Shown one piece after another: positions 1 to 14,269 of a stretch of DNA of 64,000 nt. The translations under genes and the position numbers were made by a program. Every line of letters starts with the position of its first letter. Positions within the stretch are counted from its first letter, which is position 1. The notes below the pieces were generated by a model. That model did no database searches. It was not told where the DNA came from and was given only the letters and a program-made list of their open reading frames with translations. The DNA is from Callorhinchus milii (Eukaryota), in contig NW_024704743.1 in NCBI RefSeq assembly GCF_018977255.1, positions 18,044,001 to 18,108,000 of the forward strand, read 5' to 3'.

Positions 1-409
1 TGTTTTACACTGGAAGCTTGGTCCTGACTACACAATTAGATTGGGGCATGTTAGTGTATCGAGGGCCAAATGAATGAATAACATCTGTAGAAAATACCTC
101 AGGAAAAATATTCAGTGCTGGCAATTTCCCCACTGATGTGCATTTAATATTTGTTCATGTCTGTTAATCATGAAGAGGATTTGCAGATTTCTTCTTTCTT
201 TCTCTCAGCACCTGGGCTCATTCAGTGAAAGGTAGCAAGGTTATTAAAACGAATAGAAATTCTCTGTATATCAGGACTCTACAAACATAAAAGGCTACTT
301 TCTCTAATCTGTGCATAGAAAGTTCTTCTTTCCTCCCATATTTTGGAAACAGGTGAAATAGTGTTCCTTAGTATACAGTGGTCATATTTATGATTCAAAT
401 TATGGTTTG

Positions 410-1503
410 TCAAAGTAACAAATGACATCTTCTGTCTGTGCCAGGCCTCGCTCTGCCTCTTCGTCCTCCTGGACCTCTCCACTGTGTTTGACACAGTCAA
501 CCACATCATCCTCCTCCACTGCCTCTCCTCCCTCATCCACCTTCATGGAACCGCACTCACATGGTTTGAGTCCAAGTTAACAAACTAATAATCTCGGCCA
601 ATAGTTTTTCCTCTCGTCCCTGCCTGGTCACCTGGGGGGTACCCCAAGCTCAGTCCTTGGCCCCCTCCTCTTCCTCATCTACATGCTCCCTCTCGATAAT
701 GTCATCCGCAGACATGGGGTCAACTTCCACAAGTATACAGATGACACAAAAAAATCTACTTCTCCTCCTCCAGTTCGCTGATGTTCTGTCAGCTTGTTTG
801 ACAGACATAAAGGCCTGGATGAGCACAAATTTCCTGCAGCTGAACGCTCATGAGACAGAAGCCATACTCTTTAATTCCCGTCAATGTTTTCTATCCTGCG
901 GTTCTGACCTCCTCACCCTCCTCGACGTCCTCGACACCCTCCCTGACGTCCTCGACACACTAAACCCATCCCCAGCTTCATATCCCGCACTGATCCCTGG
1001 CCAGAACTTGCACTTCTACCTCCACAACATTGCCTTGGCCAGGACCTCCACCACATTGTTGCCTCCATTCTTACCTCACTCCAAAAGCTGCCCAGACGCT
1101 CATCCATGCCTTCATCCCCTCCCACTTCGACTATCAAACACCCTCCTCGCTGGTCTTCCCTGCTCCACTGTTCACAAGATTCAATTAATACAAAACTCCA
1201 CCTCCCGCATTCTCAACCTCACTAAACTCCGGACCACTATTACCCCATTCCTTGTCAAACTCCTTGTCCCCTGGACCCTCCGTCCCACCATCAGCCAACG
1301 TGCTTTCAGCCACCTGAAGCTGTGGAACTCTCTCCTTCAATCACTTCGCTTTGCCCTCTCTCTCCACATTTTCAGATTGTGCTCTTCAACTGTGCCTGTG
1401 GTCATCTTCCCCCTGGCTCGGGATCAGGCGCCGCCACTGTTAAGCGCTTTGAGATGCTGTCTGGTGTGAAGGGCGCTATATAAATGCAAGTTATTATTGT
1501 TGT
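410..1503 (+). mobile_element. Old L2 LINE 3' fragment (RT region to tail)
   Basis: Remnants LDLSTVFDTVNH, GVPQ.SVLGP, DIKAWMSTNFLQLN, LLAGLP; tail gcgctatataaatgcaagttattattgttgttg. Confidence 0.85.
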
Positions 1504-4500
1504 TGTGGTGGTGGGAGGTGCTATCCTTTAGATCATGTGTCTTGTCTGCCTGTTCAGATGGATTACACTATATGGAAAACAGAGTTTCACTAAAAAAAAA
1601 CCTCCAGAGGAATGAATCATTCAAATTGTAACTGTTTGTGGGACCTTCTGTGTGCAAATTGCTTATTATGTTTGCTACTATTACAGTCACTACACTTTAC
1701 AGTAACTAGATCTGACTTTGATCCATTTCAACTTTAGAGGCACTGTTAATTAATACCTATTGTCAGCTGAATTAGTCAAAGTACGGCTTGTCTCTGGTGG
1801 AAATGTTCAAAATTTAAATATGGAATACTGTGTAAGGATTTTACATTTCGATCTTGATGTCACACCATTTGATTCTTGACTGTAAATAACTGGGCAATCG
1901 GAACAAAGCAGACAGTTACTGCACGCTGCTTTCTAATTTCGCAACCAGGAAATACGCAGTGATTAAGTGAATACAGTCAATTCTCTTTACAGTATATTCT
2001 GTGAAGTGCTTTGAGACAAAGATACCACCTTATATCAATTGCAAAGATTATTACATTTTAAAAATCTTGAAAATGTAAATATCACAGTTTCACCAGTGAA
2101 TTAGTCAATTAACCTAACAAAGGAAAACGCTGGACAAAGCAATATACCACAAAATCGAATAATCAGTTTGTTTTATTAAAGTCATAAGAAAAAGCATTCT
2201 TCTAAATTGCTCTGTACTGAAATGTTAGTGACTGTATTGGTTATGTAGTCCAGAGCAAACACAGAGTTATCTCAAAGCTATTTTTATGTCTGTTCATAAG
2301 ATGGATTTTATTACTGTAAACAGAAATCTCATTAACTGTACAACTTTTGTTAGATTCTTAAATAAACTTATAGTCAAAGGACTATGCCAAATGTTGATAA
2401 AGGTGTTATCCTTTTTAAGTTAATGCCACCTGTAAAATATATATATTTATAATCTATGACGTACATAAGATATATTGAAATCACTTTGTTTATAAGATGC
2501 TAAATGAAGTTCAACAACAAGATTCCATTTATAGAGCGCCTTTCACATCGGGAGGACGTCCCAAGGAGCAAATAAACCCAAGACAATATTATCAGATACA
2601 CTAAGGCAGCAGGACAAGTTAACAGAGGATCAGGGAAGTGAACGGCAATTTCAGGACCGACAACAGGAAGTAAAGCATTTAACAGAGGGCAATGAAAGAC
2701 TGGAATGGGATACCAGCCAGTAAGGGTGCAAAAAAGCAGACGGACATTAGACTCATTTAAGAATGGACCATTTGATATAGCGCTTTTCACGTCAGGAGGA
2801 CGTCCCAAAGCGCTTCACACAACACACTGTAAAGTGAATTGACTGTATATTTGTGGGCGAATGCGGCAGCCAATTGCGCACAGCAATGTCCCACATACAG
2901 TCGTAGATTGAAAATGACCAATTTATTATTGTTTTGTTTTTTGGAGGGATTATTATTAGGCATGTGGAGTAAGGAAACTTGTTTTGTTTTGTGTCCTGCC
3001 TTCAATGAATGGTTTAAGGCTGACTCCATTTATAGTGGAGTCTAACATTCAGAGATGATACAGTGCTAAATCAAGTGCAAGGATTATTATTATTTTGTCC
3101 TTATAATGGAAAATCCCTGGTGTGAGTTATGCATTGTTTGCGGAAACAAGAAGTTTGAAAAACTGAAAGTTTTTTTTCATTCTAATCTCTTACAATCTTT
3201 GACAAGAGTTTACGTTGACCTTATACAATAATCATCTATCCAATAATTTCAGCTTTGGGCGTCATATTCCACCTCACTGTACAGTTCATGCATGATTTGC
3301 AGTAGTTTATTTGAAAAGAGAAAGCTTTCAATCTTTTTGATTTGCTTTCCAAGACCTGTTCTCTCATTTTAGTATTTCCAATACCTGAGGGTAATAATAT
3401 TTATCTGGCTGGAACATTTATCTGGCTGAAATCTGGGCAAAAGATCAACAAAAATAATTTAGGGTTTCAAATGAATTGAACTTCTAAAATACACCCAGAA
3501 AAAAAATTGACTTGCACTTTTTCTTCAATCCTAATTGTCCTGATTTATTGATGTACAGGATCAAGTAGATCATAGATTTCTTGTGAGAAACGTCAATTGC
3601 CTGAGCAAATCAATATCTGCCAACTAAAGATTCTGTTTTATTATGAAAATATGCACTTCTCAGTTTCTATTTCATTTAAAGAATAAAGATTTCTTTATTT
3701 TTTATTATTTATTTAATGCAGAATCTATTCTCAGTTGTTCTAATAATTAATATTGTTAAAATATATTCATATATATTGATTGTAGTATTATACTTGTAGC
3801 TATTGCAGTCCATAGAGATATATAATAATCCTTGCATTTGATATGCATTTATCATGTCACAAGATGTCTCAAAGTGCTTCACAGAATATACTGTAAAGTA
3901 TAGTGATTGTGTATTTTGTGGGCGAAACGGGGCAGCCAATTGCGCACAGCAGTGTCCCACAAATAGTCGTAGAGTGCGTTGCTGCAGCAGGGGTAACACC
4001 TGTCCTCGTATGGTAAAAGGCATATTGACTACTTCTATGGACCTCCGAAGTTATACACATAATTCTTATTTCAACAGCAATCAATTACTCTTTATTATCA
4101 CTCCAGAATTTGGATTGCCATGCTACATAACATTTCTAGATGCTTGCGAAAATGGAAATCGCAGATTAATTGCTGACAAATAATTAATTAATAGAATCCT
4201 GTCTCCTTAATCTAATTCACTGTAATACCGAGTGATCATTAATGAGATTTCTCGTCGCTCAATCAAAAGACATCACAGGAGCAGCACGATATATTCTGCA
4301 GATCATCAAACAGTTTTGCAGCAGCGTGCTGGTGGCATTAAAAAGAAAGACATCAACCTTCTCTGTGACCATGAAATTATTTTGTTGATAAAAATCAGAT
4401 GAAACTCTGCCAAGGTCCAGGAGCCTACACACCATCGTCATCAGCTGCGTAATTTATCAGATGACATTTTACTGGCAGAGCGCTCGAAGCTGGACTTGTT

Positions 4501-6916
4501 GACCCTTGAACTGAGGTTAAAAACAGATTCAGATTCCAGTCTCTACATTTCTAATGTGCTAATCGGAATCAATGGTTATGCTTTTCAGCTACCGAGCGGA
4601 GCTGTAATTAGTCTCTTGGGACCTATTGCAAAATGAGTTATAAATCAAAAAGCCCCCAATGAACATGATATGGATTTGTGGACCACTGATGGTTTCCAAT
4701 TTAATATCAGGCTTATTGCTTAATTGCAGCAGAGAAAATTTTATCCTCACATTAATAGCCCTCTGTAGCCTTGCCCGCACCATCTCTGTAACCTCCTTCA
4801 AACCTCCTCCCCAGCCTCTCTCTACGCACAGAGAACATTGGCTTGCTTCATGCCCCCACCAATCCCACCCTAGCATTGGTATGCAAGCTTTCAACCACTC
4901 TGCTGGTCTACCTTAAGACCTTTTTGACCACTCTTTTGGTCACCTTTCTCACCAACCCTCTCTTCCTCTGCTCTGCACAGCCCCCACTTACAATACAAAA
5001 TTACATTTGTATAGTGCTTTTCATGTCAGCAGGATGTCCCAAGGTGCTGAAGCGTTTTGAGATGTGCTCCTGAGGCGAAAGGTGCTACATAAATGTGAAA
5101 TAGTTGTTGAATATATCTTTGCATTTAACCATTAAGAAGAAACTTGATTATTTCTGCTTATTTTGTTTTGGTAATTTTTTTTAGAAGTTTCCATTGCATA
5201 TATTTGCCTGGAGAAAAATACTTTTGGTAATATTATGCAATTTCATCCATTGTCCACTAATGTGTTATAATGAAATACAATTAGTGGTGGATCTGCCCAT
5301 ATATTTAGCATAAATGAAGGAAAAATTATTATTATTAAAAGGGAATAGAGGGGTACGGGATTAGGGAAGGTGGAGTATAAATCCAGGCATAGATTAAATT
5401 GGCCTTGATAGCTTGTTTCTATGCAGAACAGTCTATATAATTCCATGTAATATTGGCTTCTTACATCCCCCAGACTTGCCTAGCCAAATGACGAAGAGGA
5501 CATTGATCTTCCTGTAACCCAACAACCTATGTGCAAAATGTAGTGTTTGACCATGTGCATAAGATATTACCAGTGTCCTTTATAATGCAAATATTCAATG
5601 AAAAGGATTGCAAGTGATTCTATAATCCATTGCATATGGGTATTTTATGGAGTCACTGCACCTTGTTCCTTTCTAAACCTCATATTGGGTCTGTCTCAAG
5701 ATCTACCTTTATGTCCACGCTTTCAGTCATCTTTCCCTTCCACCCCTCTTGACTCCCACCCCCCAGCTTGGGTTAGGTGCCTTGAGATGTTCTTCCGGTG
5801 TGAAAGGTGCTTTATAAATTTGCATTGTAATGTATTTGTAATTCACATCATGGCTGTTTGTGGTATGTTACTCTGTGCAAATTGACTGCTGTGTTTGCTC
5901 ACAAATTACACAGTTACTACACTTTATAATAAATCCTGTGAAGTTTTGTGAGCCATTTTGATCATGTGGTAAGGTGCTATGCCAAAATGCAACAGTTATT
6001 ATCATTGTGGATATATATTTAATATAAACATCCCCTTGATCCATGCTAAACGATGATGAAGGATCTCCAGAATGTTGCTAAATAGCTTAGGGAGATCCTT
6101 TAAATATCTCACTAATTACTTCTCCTGTGGTCAGTTTCATACTGTTTAAGACTGATTTATGACACTGACTTCAACACAGACCAAAGAATTTTCAATCAAA
6201 GCTCCTATAGGGTTTAGAGCTTGGTTGACTGAAGGAAAATCTACTAAATTGATTTAATTAATTAAGAATTTAGGCAAACACTGTGTATGTTGTAGGTAAC
6301 CTTTATCTGAATTATTTTATTTGAATGTTCAGTTGCAGTTTTATACTCAACCCCATATTAGTTCAAAAGGGCAAGAGCAATGCAATTGTTAGGTGTCCCT
6401 CGGGATCTCATGTCTAATGTGTGGACTGGCATGGCCAAATATCTCATCTTTCACCCCCTCTGCTTGTTTCCTGGAGTAGTCTCCTTCGATTTTCCAACCC
6501 TCCATTCTGTCACTGTTCTTTAGCAGTTCATAGGTAGCCTCTGTAATGTGTATTTTGGTTAAAATGAACACTTTATACCAACTATTGATCTGCTATGCTG
6601 TCAACTGAATGGAATGATGCCTACAGTGTAATATTTCTAATGTTAATCTCTAAAATAGTAAAATTGGAGTCTGGTATAATAAATATTCTTATAAAATGGC
6701 ACATTAGACATGGGAGCTCATTAAAAAAAAATTCTACAATCCATTGTTAGATTAGCAGATTAACTATTTTAATCAAAAACAACGCTTCACCTAATCCTCT
6801 TCGGTGTCTGCTTATATTATTGGTTTATAGGATGCAGTCATTGGGATCCGTCATGCATCATACACTAGCAGTGTTATTGTTTTTACATATTTTAATAGGA
6901 TTCACTATAATAAGCA

Positions 6917-7270
6917 GCGTAGTGGTTAGAGCACTCGCCTTGCAAGGAAGAGGACCTGGGTTCTATTCCCAGGTGGTGCAAAACCGTAGGCAAGTTTCCT
7001 TACTCCACACGCCTCTGTTTATCTAAGAGTAAGAGGAAAGTCATTAGTCGATTGGCAGATCGCTTTTCAGGGGTAATAATCCCTTCAAAAAAATAATAAT
7101 TTGGTCGGTCAATCTGCGACTGTTCATGGGACATTTCCGTGTGCAATTAGCTGCCACGTTTCGCCCACGAAATAGTCAATCCACTTTACAATATATTTTG
7201 TGAACCCTCTGAGATGTCTCAGCGACATGATAAGGCACTATATCAAATGTAAGGATTATTATTATTATAA
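6917..7270 (+). mobile_element. SINE, long subfamily
   Basis: tRNA head plus extra segment ctgttta...gattggcagatcgcttttc...ggtaataatcccttc, Deu-like core, tail gagatgtctcagcgacatgataaggcact. Confidence 0.85.
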
Positions 7271-9119
7271 GCAGGTAACGAAAAGATCATTGGCGCTAGC
7301 TTTCACCTATTGTAATTCTTTATATAAAAATAATGGAACTGATTGATGGCTCGATGTAGTTTCCACACCTCTTCACTTATTCATCATTCTTCCCTGTTAC
7401 TTTTGAGTGCAGAAGGCAGCTGTAGCTGCTGGGATATCACAAACCATTATCAATTCAAAAATGCAAAGGTTTATTCCTTAAATGAAATAGAAACCAACTG
7501 AAAAGTGCTGTATTGTCTCAATAAAACAGAATCTTCAATTGCAACATATTAATACTTCTCGGCACTGGCAATTGACATTTCTTGCAAGAAATCTATGATC
7601 AGTTGGTTCCTGCACATCAATAAATACTCGCTTCACAGCTTGAGCTATGTAATCGGTCAAAAAAAACTCAGAGTAATTAACAATATTCAGTATGGTAGTG
7701 GATGAAATTGAGCTGAAAATGGGAAAACAGCAAAATAAATGGCTATAGTTCCCTATTATAACTTGCTCTACATCTCCCAGACAGCTGAATCCTTGTACTA
7801 CGTAGTTCCAGGAATCAGTGATTTATTAGGTAATTCAGTATTTGCTAGTATGTCTTGCACTAATTAAATGCATCGCACTCCATTCAGAAATGCCACAATT
7901 GATTTGTCTTCTCTACACTGTGACTTTACTTCAATCTTCTGAAAAGATTTTATGACTTAGAGATAAGTTATCCTGGCACATTCATCTCCCTGGTGCAGCT
8001 GTGAGGTGGCTTACAATGAAGAAATGGCTAGCGATGGCTATTTTCGCCCACAAAATATACAGTCAATTCACTTTACAGTATATTCTGTGAAGCGCTTTGA
8101 GAGGGCTAGAAGCTGTGATAAGGCGCTATATCAAATGAAAGGATTATTGTAATGGAATGCATGGATACCTAGATAGAATGTTCACATTGTATTTGGATAC
8201 GCTGAAATAAATAATAATAATTATATTCACATTTGATAGAGCACCCTTCTGCGTCCCAGTTTGGATACAAACCCTCGCAAAAGTGTTCTGGAGCGCTGCT
8301 CTGCATGAGGGCACTATATAAATGCAAGTTGGTGGCGGTGTTGTCCAGTGCCTTGGAACATCCTCCCAATGTGAAAGGTACTATATAAATGCAATTTGTT
8401 GTTTTTGTTTCACGTCAGGAGGACGTTTCAAAGTGCTTCACAATATATGCTGTAATGTAGAGTGATTGTGTATTTTCTAGCTGCCGATTTGTCCACAGCA
8501 ATAAACCACAAAGAGCTTTGAAGGGAATGACTCATTTTATTTGGGAGGTTGCTGGCCAGGATACCAGGAGAAACTCCCTTTTCTTTTTAAATAGTGCCAT
8601 GGGATCTTTAAAGTCCACCTGAGCACACAGACAGGACCTCCATTAAATGTCTCATCCGAAGGACGGCACCTCCAATAACGAGGTATATCCCCAGCACTGC
8701 AATGGAATGTGAGTTTACCTGTATAAGATACAAGAAGTCAGACTGACGCACAGAAAAAGACAAACTGTACCTTTCCAGGATTTAATCTGTTTCTCTAGAT
8801 TGGACATGTATTAATTTAATAATATTATTCTGTGTTTGTAGGAGAAGGAAAGAAGACGAAAGACATTCATTTGAGAATTTCACAACCGCCTTCAGCAAAT
8901 CTTGTTGGTTCAACTGAATTTAAAGGCAGATTCTCAAATTCTACTCAGAATTAGAGTGAAAAACTTAGTGCCTTTATCATGAGCTCCTGGTCTTTAGATC
9001 TTTTGCAAAACAAAATCAGTAGGTAAGGAAGTTATTTCAGGATTTTCTTTTTATTTGTCTCAATCTGAAAGTCCTTTGGTTCCACACTGAGAAGAGAGAC
9101 ATTTCTCTCGCTGCCAAAT

Positions 9120-9718
9120 TGTCATTCAGAACTCTGCAGCTCGTGTACTGTCCCGCACCAGGCTTCGGGACCACATCACTCCCACCCTCGCTCGCCTCCA
9201 CTGGCTCCCCATCCCCCAGAGGATTGATTTCAAGATCCTCATCCTCACCTACAAGGCCATTCACGGCCTTGCTCCCTCCTACCTCTCCAACCTACTATCC
9301 CCCTACCTACCTGCCCGTACCCTCCGTTCCTCTGGCTCCGGTCTGCTCCACGTCCCCCGCCCCAACCGCCCTACTATCGGTGGTCGGGCCTTCAGCCTCT
9401 CAGCCCCGAGGCTCTGGAACTCCATCCCCCAGTGCCTTCGCCTTGCTTCCTCCCTTTCCTCCTTCAAGGCCGGTCTCAAAACCTTTCTCTTTGACCGTGC
9501 CTTCAGCTCCCCTCTCGACTCTCTTCCTCCTCCTCGCTCCCTCCCTTCCCTCCCCTCACCCTGACCATTTCCCCCTCCTCTCTCCCTCCCTTCCCTCCCC
9601 TCACCCTGACCATTTCCCCCCTGCTCGGGTCATGACCCAACTGTGCAGCGCCTTGGGACGTCCTCCTGACGTGAAAGGCGCTCTATAAATGGAATCTTGT
9701 TGTTGTTGTTGTTGTTGT
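9120..9718 (+). mobile_element. Young 5'-truncated L2 LINE
   Basis: [55 protein letters not shown]; 3' stem-loop 9647-9682; (TTG)n tail. Near-identical to 45150-45690. Confidence 0.92.
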
Positions 9719-11219
9719 ATAGAGACTTTGACGATGTGTACTTATAATGGGATTTTCCTACTTTAGTGGCATGAGAAATTGCTTGACCCTCAGCATCAGT
9801 GCTGCTCTGTGTTCATCCAATGGCTCTGATGGCATTATTACTCACCGAGAACATCCCAGTTAGACGGCTGACCAAAAGCGTGTCAAAGCACTGTGGTTGG
9901 TAGGTTTATTATCCAACACCTTCTAGACTAGTTTGAAGTCCAGACTTAATATTGAAAATCAGCTACAGGAATAGCCTTCAGAAATCAGCAGGGCTGGTGC
10001 AGGAAACAGATGTGCTATAGCAACAGCAGAACACTTCCTGGAGAGTTCTCCATTGAACAGTTCACTTACAGAACACATGAAAATCATTTTAATTACAAAA
10101 ATCATCAGCTGTCTGGCAGGATTTTTTCTCACACATAATGATTGACCTTCCTCTCTAGCGTGTATAGTATATTTTGAATCTACCGCATATTTATTTTTTT
10201 AAAGTATGATTTGTACAGAAATTCTTGATTATGATCATTTACATAGAATTAACAGTTTGTGTGAATTTGATAATGGTTATCATATAATTCCTATTGTTTC
10301 AGACTTGTGTGCACAGCTCTTCATTATCTGGAATTGTTCAGATGCAATTTGCTTTTGGTTAGCCGAGTGTCTGACACATCTGGAAAAGTATCTATGCTCT
10401 AAAGTATCGGAACCCGAATGTGAGTTCCACATATGAATGCCACCTAGACATGTAAACTACCCTGGGTTTGGAATGAAATGTGCACTGGCTTCGAAAAGGG
10501 ACATTCTCTGCTTACTTAATCTAGAAAGTATTAAGTGGATGTTGAAAGTCGTTCAAAAAATTGGAAGAGAGACTAAGAAATTGGCAGACTCGATGTTAAT
10601 TCTCTGCAATATTCATGTCAGATTTATAAATATCTATAAAAATATTCCTTACATTTGATATAACATCCAAAACACTGGACTCTCTCAAAGTGCTTCATAA
10701 GTAATTGGTATTATGTTTTGTCAAGGGACAACCATGGAGTGAATGATCAAATTATTTGGAGAATTGTTGATCAGGACAATGATGCTCCCTTCTCTTCATG
10801 TAGTCTCATGGAATCTTTAATGTCCACCTAAAGAGGACAGGGGTTTGGTTTAACGTCACATCCTGAAGGAATGCATCTCAGACAATACTGCACTGATCCA
10901 ATACATCCTGGAGTGTCAGCCTGGACTCTGAGTTCCAGATCTCATTTGGGGATTGAACCCACAACCTTAAGACTCATGTTCTTGTCAATATACAACTGAA
11001 CACTAAGTATGGCCATGATTAGAAATAGATCTAATCAATATAAGTAAAATATTGTTATCAACCATACTAGAAGGATAACAAAATATTCAAATACATTATA
11101 TTTAGGTCATTACAGCAAACTGATAAATGGTTGAAAATCACTCATAATGGGAATGAGCCTGTCAAAGAAGGTTAAGGAGGATAGGTTGGTGCTCTAATTC
11201 ACAGTAACCCTCAAATCAG

Positions 11220-11940
11220 TCACCTGCATGTAACAGGAACAATACCTCAAGACATTCAGGATTACCTTGGAGGTTATAGTTGAGGTATGCCAATGAACAG
11301 CATTTGAGTTGGAGAGACTTCTCTGATCTGAGATGCTCTGGTTGTGGCAATAAATTTAACAAGAACCAATTATTTATTTGCTATATAGTAATTTGAGGCT
11401 CTGAGAGAATCATTTTGTTGGGGTTAAATGAGATCCAGCAGGTGATTAACGCATTATTCAGAAAGGCTGGCGGGTTCATTCATTTTTCTTGGAATCCGGA
11501 GAGACATTTGGCCAACAACAAAGGTGATCTCCTGACCAGATTCTTGAGTCTGATGAACTCCATATAGAGATATGGGTGTCATTCAATCCAATGATATATA
11601 TTAACAAGGACTTATTTTCCATCAGTGTGCGTGTAGTCTGTGACGCTAAAAAAATCTTAATTATGGTGAACGGCAAAGTTCAAGGGCGAGTATATGAATG
11701 GGGTCAGAATCAGTCGTATCCTCTCAAGTATCATAACATGATGTCCGATTGCAAGATTGGATATTGGGGGAGTCATTGGTATCCTTGGAACTGCAGTTAT
11801 GACACATACACCAGCTGAGCAGGTGCACAACTCTGTAGTTTGAACAAAGTTTTAAATCATTTAAGGCAGGAGTCTTTGTTATAAGAGGCAGGGGAAGTGG
11901 ACACATTATCATGGTGTCCTGCATCTTGGTAACATTGCCA
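11220..11940 (+). pseudogene. Decayed PIF/Harbinger (HARBI1-like, DDE_Tnp_4) transposase
   Basis: Collinear motifs across frameshifts and stops: EQYLKTFRITLEVIVEVCQ; QVINALFRKAGGFIHF; DELHIEI; YINKDLFSISVRVVCDAK...VNGKVQGRVYE; DWILG; PAEQVHN; FEQSFKSFKA; HIIMVSCIL-NIA. These match the family pattern DGTHI...YxNRKGxxSxNxxxVCD...PGSxHD...WLLGD...IExxFGxLK...IIxACCxLHN. Confidence 0.8.
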
Positions 11941-13603
11941 GAGTCCCCATCTGGATTTAATGGAGCAATGCACTTATGCCCTGCTGATAGGGAACTGAAA
12001 CATCAGTCGGGTATGGTTATGGTCATGGTCAGACCAGCAAGAAATATTAGGAACAATCTTACTGAAAAACGCTTCAACTAATTGATTCAATCTTCTTGAT
12101 ACAAGCTCTGTTTGACACAGTTTTTGTCTATTATCCCTTGTATCAAACACAGGATTTTGTATACTAATGACAGTGTCATGATTTTGTATCATTGTCGGGC
12201 TTCTCTCTCTCTTATAGAAAAGTGTTTCTACAGCGTGGTTTACACTCCCCAAACTCCATGCTTGTTATTTGCACTAAATCATTCAAAGATGGTCCACTTG
12301 AACTTCAAGTTTATAAGTTTCAAAGAGCTTTTCATTTTGTGGTGGGAGCAAGCATGAACATCAACATTAACAATGTGTTTTGTTTACAGCAACATTTCTA
12401 TAAGTATTTCTCAATCACACCTTGGTGTGAACTTCATAGAGCCAATGAAATAATGGTCTTTCAAAACCTCCCAGCCTTTGTCCTTCCCGTTTGTCTTTTA
12501 TGTTGGAACATGGCTAAGATTTTTGTTTAATTGCCACAGCCAGCAACAATAGCAATCTCTGTCATTGTGACAAAAATGTAGCCAAGTCATCATCTATTCC
12601 TTTAACCCCATATGTATATCTGTGTCCGTTTCAAAGATATAGTAATGAACACGAATTGCAGAAACAGGTAAAAGACATTCTCCTGATATTTATGCGTTGG
12701 GTGAATTTCCTGTGTTACTTCACTGTTTGGCACAACTAAAGCTACTCATTGTGAATAATCTATAGTAATAATACCAGAGTAAGAGGAAAACATTGTAAAC
12801 AAATATGGAGTTTGTGTACAAGAGAGGGATTAATATCACTTCATGATGCTTGAGTATGAAGACAGGGCATGAGCCAACTGTGGAAGTGTCCAGTGTTTGC
12901 AAAGTGATACAGCAGTGTTTTGCCTCTGTGACATTGCAGATAGACTACTAGTTTGAAAGCCAACATATCATCTGTCTATCAGACCACTGACTCCATGTGC
13001 TATCCTTTCACAGAAACTGAGTGTTACTATTAATCTCTCTGAGAACAATATCCTCTTTTCTGCCAAATCTCTTATTGATGGCTGCAATCTTGCTCCAAAA
13101 TCTGCAAGCGCTTTTCTCAAAGCTATGCAGACAGTTTATCCCAGATCAGGTACATTGCCTCGGTATTGTCATGAATCACTAATATATTTTGTTGGTTGAT
13201 AATCCCTCCTTTGCAGCTAACTCACTGTGCAGCACTCTCACTGTGTCAAAGTCTGTATTTGCAAGGTGTCACACATTTGATCCATTGATGTATCAATACA
13301 GAAATTTCCCCAGGAGATGGAGTGGATGGGCTGGCGTTCACAATAGAGTAGATTTTGAGTTATCTGTTAAAGGATGGAGCCCAATGACGTTTCGTCTTCT
13401 ATTCTTTCTTATGTTCTTGCCAAACAAATTGAAGCCTTGACCTCTGAAGAACAAACTACTCATTACTGTGAGATTTCCATTTCTCACACCAGCCACTCTT
13501 GTGGCCTCTCTGGGCCCAGATTACTAATTATTGTTGAATTACTATCAGTTTCTGCTGTGGACTCTTACCCATAAGGGATTGGATTGAAATTACTCAGACA
13601 AAT

Positions 13604-13781
13604 TAGTAAACTCATGATAACTCGACCCTGGCTTAACCTGACACTATCACTTATGTCATCATGCTGTCAATTTCCTCGATGTATTTATTTGTGTATTTAT
13701 ACATATGCCTAACTCGCTGCTCTGGATAGTTTGTCAATTAGCCCCTTTCCCTTCAATTGATGAGTTATCAGGAGTTTACTG
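13604..13781. mobile_element. Tc1/mariner(pogo)-type MITE
   Basis: TIRs agtaaactc.tgataactc / gagttatcaggagtttactg, followed by TA. Confidence 0.75.
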
Positions 13782-14269
13782 TACATCGAGGACTTTAAAA
13801 CTGGCCAAACAAGGAGACTTTTTCCGATCACTTTGATTGGATTCAAACTGGGTCCCAAAGATAGTAGGATTATATAATATTTGAATCATTCCATACAAGT
13901 TTCTGTCCAACCTTTATGAAGATATTGGTGCATTGGAGTACTTTCGGATATAAATCAGTTATTCAAAGCCTTCAAAGCTCTCCATGGCCTTGTTCCAACC
14001 TACCTCTGTGTCCTGCTAACTCCATACCTACCTGTCCGCTCCCTCTGCTCAGTGGGCTCCGTCCTGCTCCATGCTCCATCGGCGGTTGGACCTTAAGCAC
14101 CTCTGCAACCACCCATTGGAACTCCATCCTACAGTCCATTCGCCTCGCTCTCTCCCTTGCCTCCTTCAAGGCCCATCTCAAGACTCTCCTCTTCGACAGC
14201 GTCTTCACTGTTGTAATTCGTGTTGTTCTTGTACAAATTCGACATCACCTCCTCCAATTTGATGCCCTG

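Noticed and set aside
657..1469. 270-aa ORF as a host gene
   Set aside because: Frameshifted mosaic of L2 ORF2 remnants.
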